64,000 nt of DNA, taken from NCBI RefSeq assembly GCF_000315625.1, contig NW_005434573.1, positions 1-64,000 on the forward strand, given 5' to 3'. Positions 1-12,766 of this stretch are shown here, piece by piece. The notes under the pieces were generated by a model. The model was not told where the DNA came from, did not search any database, and saw only the letters and a program-made list of their open reading frames with translations. A program made the translations under genes and the position numbers. The number at the start of each line of letters is the position of its first letter. Position 1 is the stretch's first letter. This stretch comes from Guillardia theta CCMP2712 (taxonomy: Eukaryota; Protista; Cryptophyta).

Positions 1-1290
1 GGGGAGGGGATGAGGGAGAGGGGCGGATAAGCGAGACCCAAGCTGAGGATGGAAAGTGGAAAGGGAAAAACGAAGGAAAGCTGAGCAAGTGAGAAGGAAG
101 GAGGGGGGAAGAGAGGGAGAAGAGGTGGGTAGGTATGTTGGGTGGGTGGGAGGGAGGGAGGGAGGGAGGGACTGTGGCAAGTACCTGCCCCGCGGCAGCT
201 TCCTGGGGCGCCTGCCTGCTGGGGTTGGGTTCGATGGAGTCAAAGACGACTCTGTTCATCACAGCAGAGGGGTTGTGAGCTCTCTTTGCGTCATGCGCCA
301 TCATCATCGGGATAATCCCCTCCTTCGTTTCATTCAGCGGCTCCTCCTCCCTTGGGCACTCTGCGACATGCCGGGGAGGAGGCCACATCAGCTCGCACGA
401 GGTTCCAGTGAGAGGAGGAGAGAGTTTCTGCGATGGTCATGTAAGCAAGAAGCTTCTTCTGCGAGCAGAGGAGCGAGGCAACAAGATCAGAATGCGGGGG
501 GAGCGGCGTTGGGCAAGAGCAGGAACCAACCTTGAGCAGGTCTTCGTCGGATACAGCAGCCGCTGCTTTCTCCTCCTCGACCGGAGGTTCGACATGATCG
601 CACTGATACAAGAGATCGACATTCCTCAGCTCCTGTGTCAAGGCAAGCTGTCATTACGGCACAATGACACGAAATTCAGCATACTCGACTCTGAACACCC
701 GACTGCAAATTCCCAATGTCATTGTTGACAGCAGCAATGAGCTCTGCGGAGAGCATGGAGGTCAGTCTTCACCGCACTTTGAAGTCCAAGAGCGAATCAT
801 TTCACCTCGCAAGTCCATTGCACCTCCGCACACAAAGAGACCGATCTCAACAAGTTCAACTCTGCCGACCGCTGATCCCCTCTCCGGTCATCCCCGCATC
901 ACATATCTTTGTTGGTCCTCACTGTCCAAGGGCAAGATTTTCGAGCATCCGCCGGGATCATCAGTCCTGGACATCATTGATTCAATCACTTCACATCTGT
1001 TCCTTGCAATGTTGTCTTGTCATGGACTTCATTCTTCAACCCGACCGATAAGTGCTATCTCGGAATTGTTGAGCACAAAACATTTGTGCTGAACAGCACT
1101 CTTGAAAATTCATAGACTAACGACGATATGTATATACCATGACAAGCACCACAACTCATCATTACATGTCCTCTGATTCCCCTAGTTATCGTATCAAAGT
1201 ACATATCCATCGCTCTTCACGACAACAACATTCTCCCTTCAATCATCATCTCCCATCATCCACAACTGCTCTCTTCTTCATGCCCCAGCC
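1..1290 (-). CDS. Hypothetical multi-exon gene, runs off the left edge
   Basis: Short open segments bounded by GT/AG on the minus strand (e.g. ELIAAVNNDIGNLQSGVQS, LALTQELRNVDLLYQCDHVEPP, KKLLAYMTIAETL). No recognisable domain; start uncertain. Confidence 0.4.
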
Positions 1291-1696
1291 AACATCCACG
1301 TCCTCATGTATTCCTCTTTCCTCTTCCTCCCCTCCCCCCTCCCCCTCGTTTCCCTTCCCTCCTACGACTGCGGCATTTTCATTGCCTCCGAAGTCGCAGA
1401 ACCACCCACCCCAACTAACATGACTTGCTACCCCCCAGAGACCAGTACCCTGCGGCAAATCATCTACAAAACATCTGACCCCCAATGATCGTACACCCCT
1501 CCTTCATTTCTATCTACAGTACCCATCAAAATTCAGTCATATTTACCCGTGCTTTCCATACCCTACCCTCCCACCCAAAAATTGAGTACCACCCCACCCA
1601 GGGTCAATATTTTATTCCTACCCAATAACTCTTTTTAGGTGAGTTAATAATTTTTAGCTTAATTTTTGAGTAAACTGAAACTTTGAGTAAACTTGA

Positions 1697-2044
1697 GGCC
1701 CGGCCCGGATCCCGGCCGGGCGATGATCCGAGTACGGTACGGTCACTGGCACTGAGTGAGTAAAGAGTCCGTCGCGCGGCCTCCGGATAGAACTCGGAAC
1801 CGTTGAACGGCGGACCGGGTGCCGCTCACGGTCCTGAGTACTGATGGCCCACTGGGCCAGTCTGGGTCACCGGGCCCGGGGTACTACAGTCACTGAGAGT
1901 CGCCCCGGCCAGTACTAGGCTAGGTCCGACTCTCATGTACGGTCTGAACGCGGCTTGCAGGGTGAGAGCGCCTTGCCAAGTTGCCAAGTTGAAACCAGCC
2001 GCTATGAGCAGAATGATTCACTGCCCGGCGGCCGCCCGGCGGTT
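1697..2044. repeat. GC-rich mosaic tract of short palindromes
   Basis: Dense CCGG/GGCC/GTAC/GAGTC/CAGTG words; TTGCCAAGTTGAAAC at 1981-1995 recurs inverted near 45307-45321. Confidence 0.6.
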
Positions 2045-4182
2045 CATTCTGGGGTCAAACCGCGTTGGTCTTTATTAACGCAAAAGAGGAATGCGTATGC
2101 TGTTCTCATAGGATACCGGTGGTGGTGTACCCCATCGTTTTTGAGGGGTGGTGCTCGGTAATATCAGTGGTAGGGGTGCTTCAAATTTTGAACTGGCGTG
2201 TCCATTTGTTTTAACGGTAATGAATTGTTTATTCGAATCCGTGGTACAAGCAGTTGTACTGAGTAACGGTTTATAACTGCTGATTTGTACCATCTAAAAC
2301 AATTTTGATGACCCACCCTATCGATGAGGGTGGGGAAACACTCCCCATCATTCCCATCGTCAAATCGCACACCGTCATGCTGAGCCGCCGGGCGAGCACA
2401 GCAGCCAGGTCAGCGAGCTGCCACCATGAGCACAGGTGAAGGACTGCCGAGTAAGAAGATGATCGCAAGGTACACTTGGCATCAAGAATCCAGCATAAAT
2501 TTTTACTTGGTGATCTTGCAGGAGTGGATCAATCTGCATGAGTTCGTCATCCTACATGTCCGACGACTAAGTCAATCGTATCATCAATGTTCTCTTCAAG
2601 ACTTCTGGGCTCTCAGAGTAATGTACTTTATCTGAAAAGTGAACTGAATAATAATATCTGTAAGATAATGACGAGTTCACTTAAATAAGGCGCAATCACA
2701 TCTCACTTGACTCCCTCCTCGGCATGTCTTCTGTACGCTTCGTTACATCGTTGCTTCACACGTTCAGAAAAAGTTTGATGATATTTGACTCTTTAAAATA
2801 TGCCAATTACTTGACTCTCACGAAGCTCTTGTTGAAGTATCTCCCCTCCTCTCTCCAAACTCTCCTCACTCAAGTCCTTTGCATGTTCGCACATTTGGTG
2901 AAATGCATGAACTTTGCTTTGCTTCCCTAATGGCGGAGCTGTTGACGTCCAATTAAGCCTCAGATCATATCAGGGATCAAGTCTCGAGCTTGTCAGCTTG
3001 CATGCAAGAATCCATTGTGCGTTGCAATCAGACTGACATGAATGTAGAATCAAGGTTGGAGGTGATATCTGATTTGACATTTATTATTCATTCGAAGCAT
3101 TTATCTCAGGATGTCGAACTACCAGCAAATTGACACTGACTTCCAGTCAATGATAATGACAACCACAATAGCATATGGTGCGCGCACAACAGAATCGAAG
3201 CACATGCTGTAGGTGCACTGCCATCCAACACTGTGCCGTTGGGTTTGCTGTCTTCAAGATTTTTCAATATTGTTTGTCACAAAGTGGCAAGGCTTTGAGC
3301 ATGTGGACATGGATATATACAAGACTATGCATCTTCACAAAGTGGTTTTTAAGTCATGCAACAAGAGATGCATCATTCAAAGGCGGAGAAGTACAAACAT
3401 GATGTGAACAAGTCATGTGGCACAGTGAAGCATCTCTCATAAATATGATATTCCATCCAGTACATGAAGATGAAGGTCTTCGTGGAATAAAGGTCTTGGA
3501 ATCTTGTAATCATGTGCGTTTCAGCTGCAACCATTCAGAACCTAGTTATCAACATCGCCATGCTTTTGCTACTTGTTCACAACGATTAAAAAATGAACAA
3601 CCCACAGAAGAACTCTCTACCTGTGTGATGTAATGAGTTCATTTGCACCTTTTCCTCTCACAAAATACTTTCGAGTCTCTTCATGCTCGTGTCACAGTGT
3701 GTTCGTGGTATGCTCGTCCCCATCAATGGATGCGTTCAACAAACCAAACTTTGAAAACAGATTATGGCATTGTAACATTTTCACCAACCGGCACAGCGGG
3801 TTTGACGAAGAGAAATATTGATGAGGCTCACCTGCTGCAAGTGACTGCAACTTGGGCAAACATGCTCGCACAAAACTCAAACACTGAAGACAAGGATCGG
3901 CAGAGAAGAGCTTCGCGACATGAGAGCAGAATGGTGAGGGGAGACGCGCTGGGGTAGTGGGTGGAGGCGTGTAGAATTAAAACATTTTAGAAGGTACCAA
4001 GAAACGATAAGCTAAACTTCCAAAAATCACTTTTAATCACGGTTTTGAATTTGGTTTGAATTTCAACAGTACAGAATTTCAACCTGCGCAAATCACACGC
4101 CGTGTACCCCCATTTTCCCATGCACCACCCCCTTGAAGATATAGGGCGAAAACAACTGGCAACGCGGTTTGACCCCAGAATG
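2045..4182. mobile_element. Non-autonomous DNA transposon, 23-bp TIRs, 3-bp TSD (GTT), CA...TG termini (CACTA/CMC-like architecture)
   Basis: CATTCTGGGGTCAAACCGCGTTG at 2045-2067 is the exact reverse complement of 4160-4182; GTT at 2042-2044 and 4183-4185. No intact transposase inside. Confidence 0.8.
2380..3930. pseudogene. Decayed gene-like cargo inside the TIR element
   Basis: Coding-like stretches broken by stops (TAE*EDDRK / EWINLHEFVILHVRRL; HVRTFGEMHELCFASLMAELL) with intron-like GT..CAG segments; no ORF much over 100 aa. Confidence 0.3.
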
Positions 4183-4330
4183 GTTATTTCAAAGTTTGGT
4201 CGCGGCTGCCGCTGTACCGTATGATAGGACGCCGCCGCCGGCCGGGCCCGATCCGGGACACTGCGGCTCGGCGGCTCGGCTTCCGAAGTTCAACTTGACT
4301 CGGTCCGATCGGATGATCGGATCATACTTT

Positions 4331-4402
4331 TTTACTCAAAGTTAAGTTAAAAATCAGTACGAGGACAATCAGGAGAGTCGAGGAGGCTTGACCCTGACAC
4401 TG
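4331..4402 (+). repeat. 72-bp dispersed repeat, copy 1
   Basis: TTTACTCAAAGTTAAGTTAAA...CTTGACCCTGACACTG; matches the reverse complement of 20542-20613 with 2 mismatches. Confidence 0.85.
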
Positions 4403-4940
4403 TCGCACAGGCCAAACGGCGAGAAGAGAAAAGACAGCGAGAACCAAACCTAAACCTGCCGACTGCTGTCCCCCAAACTTAACTGATACCTTCACTTCGG
4501 ATCAGTCGGCCCGGGCCGACGGTCACGCGGGGCCCGGGCCGGCGCCGGGCCCTGCAGCACCGTCTCACTGCCGCAGTGCGATCTGCAGTCAGTCAGTCCG
4601 ATCAGCCAGATTCCAACAATGATAAGGTTGAATTCAAATTTCAGAGAGATATTACGTGATAAGTCTTGAAATATCAAATATGGATCATTTTTTCAAAAAA
4701 TCGTTTTCAACTGCCAATCCCACCCCACCCCACATCAGAAATAGTTCCCAACCCCCTCCTATCACATACTACCCCTGTCCCCCAGCTTACCTGGCTAGTA
4801 CCCCCCGTATTTATCTTATTGATACGGTCAGACACCTACCCACCCCCTTCTCCATCAGGGTACTCAAGTTGTTACACCCCCTCTTTTCCCAATGTCTACC
4901 CCTACCCCTTCGTTTACCTTCGGGATCTGCATGGTCGGGG

Positions 4941-7900
4941 ATGCGCTCTAAAGTGTGGGAAGATGGCGATGGGTACTATGAAGTACCGACAGGAGAACGA
5001 CTGGTGCGGCACATGCTGCTTCCCTCCTCCTCCTCCTCCTCTCCCTCTCCACCCTGCTCTCCCTCCCCTCCCTTCCTGTGCTTTGCCGGTCCGCTTCCCT
5101 CTCCTTCTCGGTTGTTTTTCCCTCTGTTGCTCTTCCTTGAACTCTCCTTCCTTGGAGTTGTCGAGCAGCGATATCAGTACATGATCATATTCCACCATGT
5201 CATCCATGAAATATCTCCTCCTCTTCTCACGATGCTCCTGTTCTCGTGAACACGCAACCGGTGAAACTTTCCTCGACTAACCTTCGGGTCTCGGGGAAGG
5301 TTTTCTCCGGGAAGGGCGAAGGAGCGGACATGGTATACAACGTTCCTTCAAGCTTCTCCAAGGTGAGGACATGTCATAACCTCTTGCCTTTCTTCTGCAT
5401 ACATCTTTTGCTCAACTTCGGCTCAATGGGCCAGTGCGGAAAACTTACTTTTGACTGTTGTTTCTCTCCTCCTGTGTATCGATGACTTGCTGCAGGTTTC
5501 ATCTCCTTCTAAGAAGCCTACTTCAACCATGGGGACGTCAGATCGCTTCCTCTCACCGGGATCCTACCTATCCAAGGTAGTGGGACGAGGATGGGAGCTA
5601 GAGGAGTTGACGGTGCTTTAGTCTACCAAGGAGCTTCCTGGACCTGGAAGCTACAGCTCATCAGTGTCACCAAAGCCGAGCTCAAGGTGAGACCATGGAA
5701 ACGAAAGGGGGAGGAGGATGGGGAGGGGAAGGAGCGAAGGGAGGAGAGGAGGAGGTGGTAGTTGAGGACGAGTGAAGGACGAGAAGGAGGGCGAGAAGAG
5801 TCCGCACGTGTGGATGGAATGGCCTAGGCAGGTTTGAGAAGGAGACTACGAGGAGAGGAGCAGGTGTTGCGGAGGAGTGCTTGTAAGTTGCAAGCAGGAA
5901 TGGGACGCTCGGGAGTGTGCGATCGATGGATCGTCTAGACTTCGGGCCCAAGGGAGAGGGAGCAGACGCAGGTGACGCGAAGGGAGAAGAGAAGGAGAAG
6001 AATGCAGTGGTAACGATGAGCAGTTTACGATGCCAAGGTCAACACGTTCTCGAGCAAGGGAGGGACGAGAGGGTTTGGAAGCTCGGAGAGGTTTGGCAAG
6101 GTGAGTACCGGAAGTGTGTTAGGAGGCGATGATGAGAGGAAGGGAACGTGAACTTGGAGCATGGCGAAGGCTCGCAAAGAGGCGAAGTGATGCTGTGAGA
6201 TGGTGATGGTGATGGTGATGGTGACTTGACCATCTTGATGATGGAAATGGTGCTGATGATGATGACGACGACGACGATGATGATGATCTTGATTTCGTGA
6301 CGATGACGATGATGTAGTTTGGAGCCTACATCCGATCGGACGATTGTCCTGGACCAGGATCGTACACTCCCAAAGCTGCAGCAAGTGAACTCAACGGCAC
6401 TGTCCTGCTCCTTCTTACCCCCCGATCGCAGAGCAACCGCATGTAGAAGGAAGAGCCTCTCCTCCTCGTTCCCCCTCCACCAGGCTCGACTTCACGAAGG
6501 TGCCCGTGCTCTCCCTCCCTCTCCTCCTCCTGCGTTCCCTCCTCTCTTCCTCAATCTCTGTTGTCTTCGTCCTCCTCCCCTCCCTGCATCGCCTTTGCTG
6601 CGCTCCTCATCCGCGCTCGTAGATCTCGGGAGCTTCTGAGAGTCCTGGGCCCATCTATACGGTCAGATCAAGTTTCGATAACAGCACAAAGGCTGAGGTA
6701 TGGCACGCTTGCTTTTGTCTTACATGGTCCTCTCCTCCCTCTTGTTCTCTCCTCCTCCCCCTCCTCGTTCTCCTCTTCTCCTCTCCTCCTCCTCCTCCTC
6801 TCCTGTCCTCCTCGTCCTCCTCGTCCTCCTGTCCCCCCCTCCTCGTCCTCCTCTGCCTCCATATTTATGATATTTCTGCTTAGCGACCAACCAGTGCGTT
6901 CGGGTCATCTGATCGCTTTCAATCAGTGGGATCGTAAGACCCCTCTGTCCTCGCCGATCCTCTTCCTCCTCCTGCACTACCACCACCACCACTCCTCTTC
7001 TTTCTCCTCGTCGTCCCTCCATCCTCCTCTTCACCTCCATCTCTTCTGGTTACGTTGACCTGCAGATACCTGTCCATGAAGGATGTACCAGGTCCTGGAA
7101 CTTACCAGAGCGAGAGGTAGGAGGAAGAGGAGGAGGGAAAAGCTCGTGGACGAAAGGCGGAGGATGAGCAGAGGAAGGCAAAGAGGAGGAGAGGGAGAGG
7201 GGAGGCAGTACGGAGGGAGGGAGGGAGGGAGGGATAGTAGAGGAGGAGGAGGAGGAGGAGATATGGGATGAATGCTGGGGAGCTGACTTACTCTTGCAGT
7301 CCTCTGAGGAGTCAAAGAAGTTCCGGACCACCAAGTTCACCATCAACAGCTCGCAGGGCGGTATGCACCATCAACCCCCTCCCCCCCCTCCCTCAATCAC
7401 GAGGATACAGGGTCCTCCTCTTCCTTCATCCTCCTTGTCGTATGGATGTTCCTCGTCGACATGCCCTAGCTCTGACTCACATTCATGTTTCTCCTCTCCT
7501 ACTCTCCCTCCCTCCCTCCCCCTCCCCCTCCTTCCTCCTGATCAAAGTAAGATTGGCTCTAGTCTTCAGATCGGATCAATTTCGGACCAAGGGGTGAAGG
7601 TGCAGAACCTGCGTACAAGGTTCCATCCTTCTTGCCCACCCATCTCATGTCTCTCTCCTGTTTTGCTGTCCTGCTATCTCACCCCTCCTCCCCTTTCCTC
7701 AGTCACCCCCCGCCCCGCCCCTTTCCCTCTCCTCTCCCTCCCCTTTCCCCTTCCTCCTCCTCCTCCTCCTCCCGCTCCTCTGATTCTTCTGCTGGACACA
7801 TCAGGTTCAGTCATCCTTCGAGAAAGCCGCAGCGAAGCGACAGGTATCCCGTCCTTCCTTTACGCCCCTCCCTTCTACTTTCCATCCTCTCGCTTCCTTC

Positions 7901-8600
7901 CCCTCCTGTTGTCCCCTCCACTCATCTCCTCTCCCTCCTCTCTCTCCCTCTCTCCCTCTCTTCCTTCCCCTCTTGTCTTCGTGTTCTCCTCCTCCCCTTT
8001 TCTTCCTACGTTTCCTCATCCCTGCCTCTCACATGGTCTCGCAGGCTCCTTCCTCCTCCTTCGGTACCTCAGGCAGGTTTGACCGCCATGGCTCCTACAT
8101 AAGGGGCGAGCTTGCCGATTCTCCGGGACCGGTATCCCCTTTCCCCTCCTTCTTTCCATATTCCATCTCTCTCCCAAACTCGTCTCTTCCTCTTCCTTTT
8201 CGCCTCCTGGTCTCGTGCTTTCCTCTTCCGTCTTCTCCTGTCCCCTTTCTTTCCTCCTTCCTGTCCCTCTCCCGCTTTGCCCCTCACGTTCATCTCCAGG
8301 GCACCTACGTGAAAGAAGTTGCCGTGTCGAGCAAGGGCTTACAGTCGCCTCCTCGTCGTCAAACCACTCCGAGCAAAGAGCGGCTCAACTTCGGTCCTTC
8401 GGGTAGGGAGGAAGCAATCAAGGAGGAAGGGCAGTAGAACTAGTAGGAGAGGAAGGGGGAGAGGGAGGCAAGACAGGAGGTAGGTAGGTAGGGGTGGTAG
8501 GTAGCAGCAGCAGCAGCTGGAAGACACTTGGAGGCTAACAGGGGAGCAGGGGAAGGAGCAGCGCACATGTACAACATCCCCTCCTCCTTCGAGCAGGTTG
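4941..8600 (+). CDS. SHIPPO/PGP-repeat (ODF3/STPG-like) axonemal protein, many exons; 3' end lost in gap
   Basis: Exons encode repeated PGPGxY motifs (LPGPGSY ~5635, CPGPGSY ~6345, SPGPIY ~6640, VPGPGTY ~7085, SPGP|GTY ~8120/8300) and FGTSxRF-like / FGPxGEGA..YNxPSSF units, separated by CT- or GA-rich GT-AG introns. Start approximate. Confidence 0.75.
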
Positions 8601-8638
8601 TTTCCGTCCATCGGCAACTCATTCCCCTCATGCTCCCT

Positions 8639-8738
8639 NNNNNNNNNNNNNNNNNNNNNNNNNNNNNNNNNNNNNNNNNNNNNNNNNNNNNNNNNNNNNN
8701 NNNNNNNNNNNNNNNNNNNNNNNNNNNNNNNNNNNNNN
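8639..8738. other. Assembly gap (100 N)
   Basis: Run of N. Confidence 1.
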
Positions 8739-8739
8739 C

Positions 8740-11700
8740 GATCCTCTCTGCAGCTCTGGAAGGGGTAACCATCAACAGATTTTTCCTCCTCCCCCCCCCC
8801 CCTTCCTCCTCCTCCTCCTCCTCCTTCTCCTCCTCCTCCTTCCTCCTCCTCCTACCTCACCTGCCAGCAACTTGCCCAGCTCCGTAGCTTCGAAGTCGTC
8901 CACCTCGATCTCAAACCTCCCACCTACCGTCTCCTCCCTCCTGCTCATCACGACGACCCTCTGCTCTGCGCTTGCAAGCTCTGCCTCCTCATACGAAACC
9001 TCCACCTCCTCTCCCGTGCTCTCCCTGACCAGGAGCACAGCATCTTCTAGCAGTGCCACCGCACTCTCCTTCCCCACTATGGACATCATCGTTGCCCTCC
9101 CCCCGACCCTGCTGACCAACAAGTCTCCGACCGTTCCTCCTCCATCGCCAGGTCCCTGGGACTTGTGCCCGACTCCTTGCCCCTTCAACAGCTCTCCCTC
9201 CTCTTTCACCTTCACCTCCACCTCTTCCTTCGCTTCTTCCCTCGTCGCCTCCTTTACCTCCGTTGTGGGTTGACGAGTTATCATGGACAACAGGCGCGAT
9301 TTCTCCTCCTCGTTGTACTCATCTTCCTCCACCGTCATCAAAGTTTCTCCTCTCACGTTCTTCATCGCTATCCTTCCCTGCTGCAGCAATCAGTTGCCTC
9401 CTTTCTTGTGCCCCCGACACCGTCTCCTCCTCCTCTTTTTCTCCTCTCCTCCCCTGTTAACCACTCGCTGCTGCTGCTGCTTCTCTACTACCTCCTCTAC
9501 CTCCTCCTCCTCCTCATACCTCCTCCTCTACCTCCTCTTCCCCTTCCTCCTTCTACCTCCTCCTCTCCTTCTTGCTCCTCCTCCCCTTATCCATACCTTG
9601 TCCCTCTCTACCTTCTTCACTTCCGCAAGTTCGAACCTCACGATCGAGGGCTTTGACTCATCGCCGCAGCTGTCAGCCAGGAAAACTTCTTTCCTCGTCA
9701 ACCCCACTAGCCTCCTCCTACTCGGGAGGAAGAAGACTATCCTGTCTCCCTCCTCCCCCACCATCTCCTCCATCCACTGCTGGCATCTGCTCCATGCTGA
9801 GTTAAGCTCGCGCCGCCTGCAGTACTCCTCGTATTCCTCTGACACTTCCCGCCTGCGGAGAAAGTCGAGGAGCTCGCTAGTGCGGAGAGAGGGAGGGATT
9901 TCCAGGTCGACTGCAGAACAGTGATGAGGAGGAAGTGATGGAGGAGGAAGAGAGGAGGAGGAGGAGGAGGAGGAGGAGGAGGAGGAGGAGGAGGAGGAGG
10001 AGGAGGAGGAGAGGAGGAGGAGGAGAAGCAAGGGGGGTAGGGGGAATGTCCATTACCAGCTTCGAGCTGCAGGCTTCTGATCGAGGAGCGGAGGTTGTAG
10101 AGGAAGAGGTAAAGTCGCTGCGGCTGGAAGCGGAGGAAGGAGACGCTGAAGACGACGACGTGGAGGGAGAGAAAGTCGAAGGTCCTGCTGCGCTCGTCGA
10201 TCCGAATGTCAGAGAGGAGGAGGAGGGGAAGGGAGCTTATGGCGGCCGCGTGCTCGACTTTGATGAACACGAGGGTGCTGTTGTGGAGGAGGAGAATCTG
10301 GTGATCGCCGACGAGCTGCATGTCGACTATGACAGACGTGTTGAGGAGCTGAGAGACGTTCAGGGAGGGAGAGGGATACATGCAAGTAGATGCGTTTTCG
10401 CTCGAGCATGCTTCCTGCTGCAATGACGCGACTTGTACTGCGAGCTTCACTGTGGCATGTAAGACCTTCTTGGTCAAGAGCATGGTCGACTTGTTCCAAG
10501 CCATGTTGTTGATGGTGTTGACTAGAAGCTGGCAAGTAGTGTTCTCCGAGGACTGTCTTCTGTTTGACCTGTTTCTTGTTGTGATGATGACATCTGTATG
10601 ATTGCTGTCTTTGCCGACGATGTCGTTGCGGATCATGTGCACGCCCGACACTCTGGCAAGAAGGTCGAAGAAGCTCCTCAACTCGCTGACGTGGAAGTGA
10701 GAGCTGTTCACCGTGATGTTGCAACTGCAATGATCAACTGTTCTATCTTCACTCGTGCCGTCTTCTTGCAGTATGTACAATACATCTGATTTGTACACCT
10801 CTGATGTTATCGAAGACAAACTTCTGAGGTTGCAGCATCGTCGAACACTTCCCACGCAGTAGACGAGATCTACACGTGAAAGAGAAAGACAGGAGGCTGC
10901 ATTGAAGGGTAAGAAACAAACATGAAGGGTGATCGTAAGATTACATTCATTGCTGACAAACGATAACCACGATGATCCTTCATGTTTTCGTTTCTCATCT
11001 TGGAGCCCGATACAGCTAAGAATGTCGCTGTTGTATCATGATAAGGAGGAGATGAAACTGGAAAGCGAGCGATGATGATGGTGACAGTGACATGAAGCAA
11101 GGGCAGGAGGGGGAGGAGGAGGGGGAGGAGGAGGGGGAGGAGGAGACAGAGGGAGGAGGAGGTAGAGGAGGAGAAAGAGGGAGGAAGAGGAGGAGGAGGT
11201 AGAGGAGGAGAAAAGAGGGAGGAAGAGGAGGAGGAGGAGTCAAGGGGGGGGAAAGGGGAGGGGAAACCAGAGAAAAGCACACATTCAAAATCAATTCACA
11301 CTTGATGAGGTGAGAACAAGCAATAAAGAAAGACCTTCTAAGTTTGTTGAATTCAGCTTTCTCGCGCTCATCGCTAAAGCCTGACATCACAAATCAGAGA
11401 CAGGCAACAAAGCTCAGGGTGCAAGACCTGTCGATCGAAAGAGAGATGTACGGTGAGGTACGTGTGAGGAACTGTCGTTAAATTCATCTTCCTTCCCAGT
11501 TGTTGCAAGAGGTGGCAAACTTTCCTTGTACATCTGTTGCACCCGAAGGAGCAACTTCTGCACATCGTAACTCTCGCTGATGGCAGAATGCGGCAAGTGA
11601 ATATCGTGAGTGCGATGCTGCAAGTGAACACCATCACGATCGTGTGTGATTGTCATCTCCATGACAGGAAGGCAGAACAGGGCACAAGGTTCGAGGGACT

Positions 11701-12704
11701 GGTCGTACTTGATCAGGACAAGAGCATCTGAGACGAGGGCGATGCTCGAGCTCTCCGTCAAGATGCAATGTTGCAACGAAGAATGGGCCAAGATATCCTT
11801 GCACGCAGTGGAGGAGGAGGATGGCAGAGATGACTTGTTAACACACCCGTTAGCAACGCACTGGGCAATGTCAGCCATGATTTCTTTCTTGTCCTCCTCA
11901 ATGCACGTTTCTCCTCCATCAGTCAGCGTCGAGCTCCCTACCTCTCCCATCCCCGCTGCTCTCATTGTGCTGTTTGTGCTGAGAAGCCTCAGCAGAGTTC
12001 CATGAAACGCCTTCAGCTCTTCTTCTGCTACTCCCCTCACGTTCAGTCTTGCCATGCTCCTGTTCTCAGCGAAGATCTGTGGAGACAAGACTCAGAACCG
12101 AGGTGATAGCAGAAGGCCATTCGGTTGTTATTGCACATCACAACAATGTCAAAATCCTTGACAGCACTTCTCTTACTTCAACGTCTGTCCCGTGGTCACT
12201 TCGAACACTCTCAATCGCTTCGATGGGTATGATGGTAACCTGCCGCAAAGATCAACATTTCATCTCCTCTTGCAATGATTTCTTCTTCACATCGGGGGTT
12301 TGACTCTCCAGGATGAACACGGTTGTATTCGAAATTCCCACCGCCATGCTGAAAGAATCATCTGTGGAGAGAGATCAGACACGTGAGAAGAGAAAGAGAA
12401 AACATCGCAGGCCGACATCAAACATCATGAAACAGGAGGAAAGTAATGTCAAGAATACTTGTTAGCAAGCACAAAGCAGACAATGGAAGGAGCACTGAAG
12501 AAAATGAGGGGAGCAGAGCAGATGAAAATATCGCAGGCAGGGAACACAAGGGAAAGATATTGGTAGGAACCAGATTGATCGGATCATCAGACATGGGCAT
12601 ACCATAATCATATTCAGGTCCATGTCACTCAGATGATAACACACACAACGACAACGATAACATCATCTTCATCTTCATCTCCATCCTCATCTCCTTCCGA
12701 AGGG

Positions 12705-12766
<62 letters not shown>

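Noticed and set aside
6561-8437. Long P/S/L-rich ORFs
   Set aside because: Read through CT-rich introns of the SHIPPO-repeat gene.
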